Source: Psilocybe cubensis
Lineage: Eukaryota
Reading direction: 5' to 3'
NCBI GenBank assembly: GCA_017499595.2
Contig: CM039000.1
Span: 2,542,001-2,606,000 of the forward strand
DNA: 64,000 bases
The position numbers and the translations under genes were made by a program. Of the stretch, positions 1 to 11,836 are shown piece by piece (positions within the stretch are counted from its first letter, which is position 1; each line of letters starts with the position of its first letter). The notes under the pieces are model-generated. The model did not search any database. It was not told the DNA's origin and saw only the letters and a program-made list of their open reading frames with translations.

Positions 1-1042
1 GCATTACTTACTATTCTTTGTATGAATCTCTCAGGCCACGTTGCTCGCTATTCGGGAGGTACACAAAAATCTGTACCCTGGGATCCGGGAATCCCAAGCC
101 CGGAGCATGATGGCGACTGCCCTCGGCGCCGCAGGACTGAAAGACGGCGGATGCCTCACACTATTTGGAGGTGCGTACGTTAGTTATCAATTGTTTCTCT
201 TCGATTATAGTCGAATATCATTCCGTCATTGCTCCGTCGCTGCTCGTTTTCATGATATCATATCTTTGTCCCTCCTTTGTACGCGAACCGCCACATTGAC
301 GACGTATGCAGAAAACGCAGCTTTACCTCATGGAAGTGGGACTGATCGAACTTTGTCCAAGTCGGATTTTGCATTATTTGACTGTACGGCCTCGTTACAT
401 GGGTACTATAGCGATGTCACTCGGGTAAGCAGTGGATCCACCTTGACTGTGTTCCGCCGGAGTCAAAGAGGATGATCATGTTATTGAAATTACTGACCGC
501 GCATGTTGACGATCTGTCTATCTAGACGGTGGCGCTTGCCTCGGCAGGCATTTCGTCAGAACAACTCAACATTTGGCGGATGGTGCAGTCAGCTCAAAGC
601 ATTGCATTGGCCGTGGCTTTTGATGGAACAGTGACATCTACTGTGGACGCAGCCGCCCGAGCGATACTGGAGTTAGGAGGATACAGGCAATATTTCACTC
701 ACAGACTGGGCCATGGTATGTATTCCACCGTCACGGTAAAGAAATTGACTAACACTTCAATTTTGGCAGGCATTGGTCTGGAGGTCCATGAACCTCCTTA
801 TCTGAGAGGGGGCAGCAATGATATCATTCGGACAGGACACACTTTTTCGGACGAGCCTGGAATTTACATAGAAGGCAAGGTGAGGTATATATGGTGATCT
901 GACACCGTAAACAGGCTAATGTCAAATTTCTTTGCAGGTGGGGGTGCGTCTGGAGGACTGTTTCTACATCAACGAGCATGGATTTGGGGTATACCTCACC
1001 GAAGGGGTTGGGGGACAAAGCAAAGATCCATGGAATCCATAA
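1..1042 (+). CDS. Metallopeptidase M24 family (Xaa-Pro amino/dipeptidase-like), 3' part, multi-exon
   Basis: Spliced exons give ALPHGS, DCTASLHGYYSDVTR, FTHRLGHGIGLEVHE, FSDEPGIYIEGKVGVRLED (M24 metal-ligand motifs). Stop TAA at 1040-1042; 5' end lies outside the window. Confidence 0.9.
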
Positions 1043-1270
1043 AGCGTATGAATTTGGAGAGATGCTACACGAGAATACAATTTTACATAAAGCCTTTGAA
1101 TCATGATTAGATAAAGAAAACAAGGTGAAGGTGGATGTTGGGCAAGGTATATAGGTATGCTGGTGATTAGAGACTCTGAGAGTGTAGAACAGGGCTCGGA
1201 GAAGATCCGTTACAATAGGTTGGTATAGATAAAAGGGAGCGAGTGTGTGTATTGTCTCGAGAATGCGAGA

Positions 1271-1887
1271 TCATAAGGTGTCGATGGAATCGGGGGCGGG
1301 AGAGGGCGGAAGAGGAACGGCAGCTGGAGTCAACGGAGGAAGAGGAGGGGGAGAACGGGCATCGCGACTCCTCTGAAAAGGGTTGCGGGTGTGCATGCGA
1401 GAGACAGGAGAAGCTACGGGGACAACGAGGTGAGCAAGGGAAAGCTGATGCGGGGAGCAGGGACGCACAGAGGAGAACAGAGGAGAACCAGCGGACGTCT
1501 GTCTCGACATGGGCGGGTTTGGAGTCGCTCTTTGGAGACTCTGGGTTGAGGGAGGAGTCGTGGGTGTCGAGCTGCTGGACCTGGCGGAAACTGATGTTGC
1601 GGTCTGGGAGAAGGGCGGGGAATGCGATCGAGCGTGGTTTGTGGATGAAGGAGGGGGTGAGTATGGAGAGGAACTCTTCAAGAGCCTCTGAGGGGAGGGC
1701 TGAACTGGAGGACGGGGGACGTCGATGAGTAGAGCGGGGAGAACGACGACGGGGACGAGACGCACCGCGAGGAGGCGCGACTGAGGGCCTCGGGGACATT
1801 GAAGGCGATCCTGTCGGCAGCGAAGAAGGAGGGAGAAAGACGGACGGGGCGGGGGGCGACGACGATCGGGATTTCGTTATTAGACAT
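1271..1887 (-). CDS. Hypothetical Ser/Pro-rich protein, 3 exons
   Basis: ATG at 1887 (MSNNEIPIVVAPRPVRL). A GTGCGT..CAG intron joins in frame to SALPSEALEEFLSIL; a second intron leads to SPVSRMHTRNPF...LTPAAVPLP and a stop at 1271. Confidence 0.65.
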
Positions 1888-1926
1888 GGGTGTGTGGAAG
1901 AGAAGAGTCTGATCGCTCGCTTGATC

Positions 1927-3776
1927 ATGGACCAACACACCCCATTGCTCGACCAAAACCTCCCCGCCCAAGCCCCCGCCACCGCCACCGCCCCCGCCGG
2001 CCAGCTCGCTCTCCTCTGCGCCGTCCGCTTCATCGACCCCCTCACCTTCACCCAGATCTTCCCCTACATTAACCAGTTTCTCTCTCATCTCCATCTCATC
2101 GAGCACCAGTCTCAGATCGGCTTCTACAGCGGCCTCGTGGTTCGCATATTTATATCCAGAGCGCGCATATACTCACTCTCTTCGTCGTCCTAGGAGTCTA
2201 CCTTTGCCTTTTTCCAGCTCTGCAGCATCTACCAGTGGGCCCATCTCTCCGACAGCATTGGTCGCAGGCCCGTTATCCTCGCAGGAACTTTTGGTCTCGC
2301 CGTTGCCACTGTGTTCCTTGGCTTTGCTGCTTCCCTTCCTGCCATCCTTTTGTCTCGATCTCTAGGTCAGCGCCCATCGCTCACCGTCGCCACAGCTCCC
2401 CGGCTTAATTCAGTCCGTCTCTCTAGCCGGAATATGCTCAGGGATTGCCGCCGTTCTTCACGCCGTCCTGGGTGAACTTACAAACCCCTCAAATCAAGCA
2501 ACCGCTTTTCCAATTTACGGTTTGTTTTGGCCCTTGGGCAACATTGTTGGGTATACCCTTTCCGTTTTTCCCTGGCCCAACTAATGCTACCTCACCAACT
2601 AGTCCCCTCATTGGTGGTGCTCTTGCAGATCCTGCAGCGCAGTTCCCTGGGGTTTTTGACTATCCTTTCTTCAGGGATTATCCCTATTTTCTTCCCTGCT
2701 TCGTAACTGGCATGTTTGCACTTCTTGTTGGTGTCTTGGTCGCTTGTTATCTTGAAGAAACACTTCCCAGCAAACGTGCTGGAAGGAATCATAGCGTGCT
2801 GCAGGAGAGCCCGTCCACTGTGGAAAGTACCTCTCCTCAGGTTTCCAGCCAAGTCAGATTTCAGCCGCACTTGGATGCGGCGGGTCTGAACGATGCACCT
2901 CCTCCAATGACAATGGCTCAGCTTCTTCGTATTCCGGTTATTCGTGCACTGACCTTTTCAGGTGTTGCTCTCTGTTTTACCGCTACCGCATTTGACGCAC
3001 TTTTTGTCCTTTTCTGCTACACACCCATTCATCTTGGTGGTCTCAGCTTCTCTGTGCGCATATATGCACATGTCATCCTTCATCAGGTAACTAATCCAGT
3101 GCTAGGCATCGCACATTGGTTACTCCCTCGCCGTAGCGGGCACATCGTCCATATTAATTCAAATATCGTGCCTGCCGACCCTCCTCACCCATATCAATCA
3201 CGCAAAGTTATATAACATTTGCATGTTTTTCTGGCCAGCGGCGTACCTTGCTTTACCTTTTTTAAACGTTATTGCACGCCGAGGCTCACTCGGACATAAC
3301 GAAGACAAAAATTTATTGCCCAGTGCCTTGTACGCCGTGTGGATTCTCATAATCGCCATCATGATTATGTCGCGCATTGGTTGTCTGGCTTACTCGTACA
3401 TGCGAATCTCCTCTCAAGAAACCGTTCTTGGCTGATCACTTGATGCGTAGAATCAGTCTTGTCCTCGTCAAGCAAAACGCGCCGTCCCCTTCTGATTTGG
3501 GTAAAACGAACGCGATTGTGCTTTGGGGAATGTGCTTTGCACGCGCATTTGCACCTGCCTTTGTTAGGTAAAGGATACCTGTCTGAAACTACCTTGATAT
3601 TCAACCGCTCTCATAGTTCCATCTTCGCCGTCTCCATCGACATGCACATATTCGGCGGTTTCCTCTGGCTCGTCATCATGGTCATCATTTCATTTGCTGG
3701 GTGTGTTATATCATTAAGTATTTCACACTCGGAGGGGTACATCGACGACAACGTTGTTAACGCCCGTCTGGATTAA
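1927..3776 (+). CDS. MFS transporter (ZIF-like/YCR023C-type), multi-exon
   Basis: IFPYIN, IGFYSGLVES, LSDSIGRRPVIL (MFS motif A), PYFLPC and many hydrophobic segments. Stop at 3774-3776. Confidence 0.9.
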
Positions 3777-5961
3777 ATCCGCGAATGGATCGGCGGGTAC
3801 AAAAACCGAAGATCTTGATGCGTATCGGGGCACTCTGGTTGGTGGGATTGAGATTCCAGTGATTTGTACCCGACTTGTGGACACTTGTTCCTTCGTTTGT
3901 TGTTTTGATTGGTGTGCTCCCATTGGTTTATGGCAGACCGACGAATGATGGAATTGACTTTTTATAGAATATTTTAATTAGACTTTCTGGGGTATAATCT
4001 GGCTGAATCACTCGGGGCTATTAGTCTAGCACTTGACTGTGGGCTTAGATTAACATTAATATGTCGTTCCAATTCAGTTGTCCTATCCAGTCTTTGATTA
4101 AGCGTTCAAAACCACAGCCATCTAAGATGTTAGAATGCTTCCGAGTCAGTCTGAACAGTACGCTGATGCGACCCCCGCCAAGGCGGCCGCCAATAGTCTT
4201 CTTCGATCTGACGCGCCTCGGTCAGCAAAGTGTATCCGCCTATCGAAATCCTTGACTTTTCATTGTTCAACTTTTCTGGAATTACGGCGGGTAGCCGGGC
4301 TCGCTGCCTGGTAAGCTTAAGGGTCCGCTCGAGGGCGGCGCTCATCAAAACTCCGTGTCCTAGAAGACAAAGTGAACCCCATCCCATGTCATTTCGACTA
4401 CTATGTGTTCATTTGCTATCAGAGGACGCCACCTTCTTTGACTCTATGTTAATGTTTACCGACTCTGCAAACGGTCTATAACTTCACTAGAACGATCCGA
4501 CTCCCGTACCCGGTATGGCACGTCCTTCCGTACGCCCTTGGAAATTTGCGCTCCCGTGTACTCGAATTAAAGTTCTCAAGGTCTTTCCAATGCCCGATGG
4601 AAGGAATGGTTACGGAAACAGAAACGTCCGTACGTCAGTGGTGAAGAGCATAGACGAAGCTTCGGACAATGCGTTCCTTGTTTCTGCCTGGTGGCCAACA
4701 ATCTCGCCAATGTGCTGGGTTATGCCTACCAAAACATATCTGCCCGTCCCCAAGGAACCGTTTTTTTCATTACCTCCGTGCAGTGCATGAAGTGCGCGTT
4801 GCATATCTGGGAGATGGTTCCTTGTCCTGTCATTGGCCAGCATCCGTTCACCCTGTCTTATGTCAAACCAAGGTTCCTGCAATCGGAGGACAAAGTTTTC
4901 ATACGCGACACAGCATGCTAGCCAATCAAAGGTCTCCAAACCCAGAAAATGTCATGAAGATATTTTCAGCCATTTTAGGTGCTATGTACGCGAGCGCCCC
5001 TGCAGCAACTCCGCATTGCCGATGACCTCACCTCACGGTGGAGAACCGGAATAAAATTCCAACTTGTCAATAATTGAGTCAGCCAAAATCCTGACCTCGA
5101 AGCGCTCCGAAAAAAAAGAGAGCAAATTTCTTTGCCAATCGAGAGCCTGACTGGAAATTTTAGAAAGTGTTTGATCAATACTCTGGCCCGCAGACAGCAT
5201 GATTATTTATTCTCTTCTCAATTCACCCTCACGTTTTCTCAACACAAAGACAAAAGATTCAACAATTTAAATACTATAAATCTATCACCCCCTGGCCAAC
5301 TGCCACTCTCCATTTTAATATGGCTAAATGGCTCATCACCCTGTGATCTAGCTGGACTCCCATGAATTATACTGCGCGCGCCTTGCCTTGCTTCGGGAAG
5401 TCGCTCACCCCATCATCTATCCCATCTCAAAATAACACTCCCAGTAAGTTTGGAGCGTCCTCCGCTATTGGAATAACCTCTGGTATCAAATATACCTACC
5501 TGACATGCGAAGTCATTTCCCGAGCGATCGTCATATCTAGGTAGTTTATTTTAGGAATCCCGAGTCTATCGTGGTTTTGGTGGATGAGGAGGACGTATGA
5601 CTTCGAACTTTATTCCATCCCTTATCGATGATACTGTATGCTTAAGAAACAATCTATCACAAAGATAGTCTGCATTAGTAGTTTCTAGTTGACGTCAAAA
5701 GTATGCGTTTAGATGATGAATCAGAATGTTCTATTTCTTCTAATTCTATAAGCATTCAACGGGCAGGTTTTCCTGAAGCGTACATCTCAAATAATTATGA
5801 AAAGAGCCATACTCTTTGAAGCCACGATTAACAAGATATCTTCCATTTTTCAAAAGTACATCGACGGAAAATAAGAAACCCAATGGTATAATGTGTATAT
5901 GAATATGAATATTTGAGAGTGTCGCTATTAAAGTTAAGTGTGGTCAACGTGATGCAAATAC

Positions 5962-8863
5962 TTAGAGTTTAGAGGATGGCTCTCCAAGAGCATATAGCGC
6001 GTCCAACTCCTTTTTGTACATGTTGTACGCATCTTTGCGGCGAACTTTCATCGTAGGCGTCAAAGTGTTATTCTCCACGCTGAACATGGTAAGACTGAGG
6101 TGAACTCGCTTGACAATTTCGAATCTACAATGTAGGTTATATGTGTTCAGATTGCAGGAAGATTTCACGCAGTTGAATGGTAACGCATACCCTTTGAGGC
6201 CATTCTGCTTCCCGATTTTCATCAACAGTGATTCGACGTGGCTAATGACACGACTATCCTTGCAGGCAGCGGCAAGAGCGGCGACGTCCTCTGGGGCGAC
6301 CTTATTGCCCGTGACGCTGGAAACAATGCCAGAAAATTGGACTGGATCGGGTACAATGACTGCGATCAAGAACGACTGCAGACCATCACTGTGGACATAA
6401 ATCTGCGCAATCAACGGCGTGCTGCTATAAACATTCTCAATCTTCTCCAACGCGACATACTCTCCCTGAGCAAGTTTCATGATGTTCTGCGGGTTTAGAC
6501 AAAAATTACTCCTTAGCATCATACAGACGCGCGTCGTAATGGACGATGGACATAACTCACCTTGACACGATCGATGATCTTTACACGACCACATGAGTCA
6601 AGTTCCACGACATCTCCGGTGTGAACCCAGCCTTCTTCATCCACGGTTTCCTTGGTATTCTTTTCGTCTGTCGCAACTTTTAGACATGTCAACGGAATAA
6701 TTGGGCGTTTGCGTACCCTTATAATACGTAGTGAAACAGTTTGCACCGCGTACGCACAACTCTCCTCTGGGGTTAGGTTTATCCTCAGAAGTATAATTCA
6801 TGGCGGGCACATCGACCAATTTGATTTCGTTGATAGGCTGGGGAGGCCCAACCGTACCACTTCCTGTAGGGTCATTGGGCCACACCTTGCACGTAGTCGC
6901 GCAATTTTCAGTCATGCCGTATCTAATTTGGCATACAATTAAGGATCATTTTAGAAGCAAAGTTTATGCGGTGTCAACTTACCCTGGGAAAGAATGTTGA
7001 AGTCAGCCATGTGTATACACAAAATTTCGCAAAAGACACATCAACTCTTCACTAACCTTCTGCAACTTCGCATGCAAATGCAATTTTGAGGAAATCCATT
7101 ACATCAGAACTGATGGGTGCCGATCCGCTGGTTACGAGTTTGATACGCCCACCAAGAACAGCTTGAATCTGGTCGCAGAAGATACTGAGACAATTTTTAC
7201 TTTGCAAGTTCAATGTGACGAACCTTGCGGAAAACGAGTCTGTCCCAAAATGCATGCGTGACTTCACCAGTCTGGTGGAGGGTGGCAAGCTTAGTTTGTA
7301 CCGCCTTATTAAACAAAATGCCTTTAAGACCTGGCACATTGCCGCCAACCATTGCGGCTTGATATACCCTATTTAGTACACGAGGTACGGAGGGGAAGAA
7401 ATTGGGTCTTAGAATTTGAGCATCTTCCAGAAGGCGCAGAGGGTCTCCAGTAAAGTAACCAATTTGCCCTCCAACGGCAATAGTGCAAAGTTCGCAGACG
7501 CGCTGTGCCAATGTGAGACAAATTTATCTCGACTGTTCAGGGGCATACCTCATAAATATGAGCCAATGGAAGGTAAGACAGCAAACAAGCGTCTTCGGGG
7601 AGCATTAATCCGTACATGTTGCTATGGGTTGCAACGGCCAAGTTCTTGTGCTTCAGAACGACACCTGTGGAAAGATGATATGAGTTACAAGAAATTGATA
7701 TCAGATGTTCAATAAATTACCCTTGGGGTTATTGGTTGTTCCCTATGGTCCCAGTTAATTCTATGCTACATCTAAAAATCGCTCTTTGACTCACAGAGGT
7801 GTAGCAGATAGATGCAACGAGATCCGGATAAGCAGGAATCGGTTCAACATAGTTTGCTTTGCCAAAGGCCTCGACTTGACATTACTTGTGGTTAAAATCT
7901 TTCCAGTGGAATAATTATGCTACTCACGTTCAGCGAACTCCTTGAAGATCAATCCTTGAGATTCAGACCATTCCCTGAGCAATTTAGAGGCTTCGGCAGA
8001 GAGTGGGTCCATGCAGACGATGGCCTTGAGCATAGGGACTCGATGGGCGGTCTTCAACAACAATGGAATGTGTTCAGATGTTGCGAAGATCACGGTGAGA
8101 TGTGAATGTTCAATGCTAAAATAGAATTAGTTGCGTCCAGTAAAGTAAAAATGAAGAAAATACATGTATGCTAAGGTCAAGTTAGTACCACATTGATTTG
8201 CGATCTTTCGGCGAGCACGCACCAACAGAATCCTTGCCAAGGGTATCATACAAACTGACGGACACCTTCTGGTAGCTCTGTAGAGCAATATCGACAATTT
8301 GCCATTCTGCACTCGTGTCAGTTACCAAAATTTAGTAGTCAGGAAACGAAGTGTACATACCAGGACAATTAGGAGCCCAGATTCCAACAGTCGGATATTC
8401 GCCACCACCAAGAACACCTTGTGTGAACAGTGTGTGAACAGCACTGCCAATATGACGCCTCTTGACATCAACTTCCCCGTAGGTCTGCCATGTGTACGTA
8501 GGAGCAAACTTCAAAGGGTTGGTGGAGAGGATGGGGCGGCGACCCAAGAACGGCTTATTCTTGCTCTTGAGGAGACCTTCGGCGAAGATTTGGTCCAAAG
8601 TAACAAAAAGGTCAGGAGCGGTCTCTTCAACGAGACCCCAGATGCCTACAAAAGGTTAATATATGTTTGGCATTTGAAGTTGGTATGCGACACACCGTTG
8701 CGGTAATGAGCTGAAAGTAGTCAAGTCAGCTACTTGTAGGCGCTGCTATAAATTTGGGGAACCAACCTGTTTGGCCGGGACGCTTTGTGCCGGGTACGGC
8801 AACGGATTGCTTATCGTATGGCATGACTGTGGGCCATTGGGCAACTCGCTCGCTGATAGACAT
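5962..8863 (-). CDS. Long-chain fatty acyl-CoA synthetase (Faa2/ACSL-like), PTS1 -SKL
   Basis: Spliced motifs CYTSGTTNNPKG, SYLPLAHIYE, GSAP, EGYGMTE, GWVHTGD, IIDRVKNIMKLAQGEYVA, LTPTMK. C-terminus ...EPSSKL; ATG at 8863. Confidence 0.95.
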
Positions 8864-9857
8864 GATGGAAGTATTGGTTGAAGGTGGTCGTGGATGAAGA
8901 GAGATGAAGAAATAGAAAGGAGGTGGATGGGGTTGAAGGGTTGAAGGTGGTCAGGGACTCGGAGGTGGTTTCCAGACAAGGACACATGTGAAATCAATCT
9001 CTCGGCAAGTCTCAGCCATCAACACCATCGGCTCATTGCTCAACGCTGTTCACTCACTGGCTTTTCTACCAACATTCTACCAGCCCATCTACCCACTCGA
9101 GTTGAAGATGACAAGTCGATGAACAACTCACAGTCCTCCAAAACTTTTTTCACAAATAACACGGTTAGTTGCGATCAACCTACACCATCAATGATACACA
9201 TCATCCTCATCCATGTCCGGTATTGTCGCCAAATTGTTCCGGGTCCGCTCGTCATTTCCCCACATCACCTTCGGCCTGTATTGCATTTGCAGTCGGCAGC
9301 CGGAAAGTTTTTGGAGCCGACCTACGGTTTATTTACAGAGCACAGGCGCCCTCTATTCGGCTAGAGCTGATTGTAGTGCTATTTTTCATCTGCACCAAGA
9401 GGCAGGCATCCGACTGCTGGTGAGATCGATAAAGATGCAGAATACCATCTAATGTTAACTTAATTCTATTCATGTCGCTTGAGAGTCTTGAGACTGAAAG
9501 AGGTGATAAATGGTAAACAGTAATTCATATGCTGATCGTCATCCAAGTTTAATAAAATAGTAATTCATAAGGCTGATCATCTGAGAATTGGTCAAGTCAC
9601 AAACTACAGCAGACATCTCGAACAATTATAATACATAGTATTTAAAGAGTCACAGGACGCACGGAAATCTCATTCCGCCACTTCCGACCAAAAAACTTCC
9701 CTGTACTTACTGGTCACAAGACTTCACCATCCAACTCGTATGCCAATTGCTATCATTGCTATCCAGCCTCCGGACATATGATTACTCAACTCATGATTTA
9801 TAACAAACTGCAAATATGTCTCCTCGGTCGTCGTCTTGCTATCATTGCGATTAGCGC

Positions 9858-10884
9858 TCAAGGGGCGCTAAGCACAATCTATCCAACAATATGTCAGTTA
9901 TAGCATAACTGATAAGATTAAGTAATTCCTCACGTTCATGAACTGGTCATAACTTATCTGTACCCAGCCATCGCGGTCGGTATCAACTCTGCATGAAAAA
10001 TATCAGCTTGCACACGACCACATAAGACGCCACGATGAAAACGGACCTCTGGAAGGCCTCGGTCAATGATTTCACCGATACACACGCCCGTACAAAGCGG
10101 TCAAAGGTAATGCCAGGCGGAGGGCCGTAGCCAGAAACAGGCTCTGAAGCTAAAATTGACTGTTGAAAATGTCAATAGCGGACCTCGGAAAACCAAACTC
10201 ACAATATTTGTGTTCAACAAGTGAAAGAAGCTGAGGCGACAAGTTATATCCAAAGCTCTGGAGCGCTTCGGCCAGTTCCCTTCCTTCGATCGACCCAGAT
10301 CTGTCGCGGTCGAAGTGACGGAAGACATTTTGCCAGTCTGTAATGTATTTCCAAAGCCCAGCAAACTCTGATAGATCCATGTGAGTAAATGATAGAGATA
10401 TAGACCTTGCAAACTTCAAAACCATTGTAATTTATCGTTCCGCTTCTATCTGTGTCCTATACAGCGATTTTAGTATTGGCAAATGGCGAGACAGTAATTT
10501 ATCTCACAAATATCGCCATCAACATTTTGACGGTATCAAGATCAAATCCTGCGAATAGTGTTAGTTTTCAGCACGCCCCTCCTAGGAAGGAAACTCCTCA
10601 CTCGTCCAGTTTCCTAAAATCGAGTCAGCACCTATCTCAACGAATAGCCAAACGAACTCACCATTAACAAGAGCACTTTGTAGTTCCGTGACCGTTATGG
10701 ATCCAGATCGATCCGTGTCTACGTTAGAAAACCACTGCCACAATTGAGGGTCTGCTCCTGGTGGCGGACCATAAGGCTGCTGAAAACCTGGTTGAGCCTG
10801 AGGATAGGCCGGACGCCCATAATGTGATTCGGGCGTGTTGGAGTGATAATGAGGTCGAGGTGGTGGGTTATATCCAGAGTACAT
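9858..10884 (-). CDS. PEF1: Penta-EF-hand Ca2+-binding protein (peflin/ALG-2 family)
   Basis: Pro/Gln/Tyr-rich N-terminus; EF loops DTDRSGSI and DRDRSGSI; FDRFVRAC. Stop TGA at 9858-9860. Confidence 0.9.
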
Positions 10885-11836
10885 GTTGGAGGAGAATGTG
10901 AAAGGGATATCGATGATGAGATCAGAAAGCAGAGGTGGTGATATTTATAGTCCACAACTCATTCAGCTGCGGTGCTGGAGTGGCTGTGCAGAAGTTGATG
11001 CACTCGTACGGTGCTACTCCTGTGGGTAGCAGAATACAGCTTTTATAGGCTGGTTTCCTACAGTAATCCTGTGTATAAATGCATTTCTGATTCGCTGTAT
11101 TTTTGCACCACAAACACCTTCTGGAATATGTAAAGTCGCTGTCAAAACAATGTATTATGGATGGTGTCCTAGCTTCTGCACAGGACTATGGCAATCCACA
11201 TGTGAACGATATCAAAATCCACTTACAAAGCTGTTGAAGTTGGAAGACCTTGTACGCTCGTATGGATCGTAGACACAGATGCAGCAATCTGCTTTAAATC
11301 AGTCACCTCTCATTATTTCATGTTCACCTTTGCAATCAAACCGGCAAGCGAGTTGCAAAGGCCTCCGACCCTTGGGCGCTTGAGTTTATATTTTACTCGA
11401 GGACATCTGTTCCTGGACTAAATACTGATGAGAGCAGGGTCAACACAGCCATGTTACATTGTTCTGAATGCCAGGCACCGACGGGACCGAAGACCGGTTG
11501 TTCGGTCTATTTTTTACCGGTCATGTGAGCAATTATGCGGGACACTGGCGCACACCGAACTTTCAAGTTACAGGCTATGCAATGCATTTCTTCTCCTAGA
11601 ACGCACTTCACTCAGCGGCTGTTTTCAGTACGTTAGTGCACCGGAGATCAAATCGTGTGAATATCAACAATATTATAGAACTATAGAGGTATGTGTGTTA
11701 TTCTCCCTCATTTTTGCATCCTTCTCACCTGTCGTCGCGCCGGTACAGCATTGTCATCTTTTAACCCTTTTATTCACAGAAGAAATAACACAAGACAGCC
11801 ACAGAGATAACAAGCATCGAAAGCAGACTACTCAGC

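Noticed and set aside
4130-4939. Minus-strand ORFs 4130-4387 and 4610-4939 as a gene or transposon relic
   Set aside because: No recognisable domain, no consistent splice model and no terminal repeats; ORF lengths are compatible with chance.
5705-5783. ATGATGA (5713) ... CTGA (5773) with a weak terminal stem, resembling a box C/D snoRNA
   Set aside because: No D'/C' boxes and no rRNA-complementary guide could be identified; such short motifs arise by chance. A snoscan run would settle it.
6930-6950. TCCTTAAT (minus strand) resembling a U12 branch site
   Set aside because: The donor is GTAAGT (U2 type), not RTATCCTT; the sequence also fits the ordinary branch consensus.
9119-9452. Three overlapping short plus-strand ORFs
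   Set aside because: No motifs or convincing exon structure; probably upstream region of the acyl-CoA synthetase.
9515-9581. Two imperfect ~26-nt direct repeats (AAAYAGTAATTCATA..GCTGATC) 40 nt apart
   Set aside because: Only two degenerate copies; a local duplication, not a CRISPR array or mobile element.
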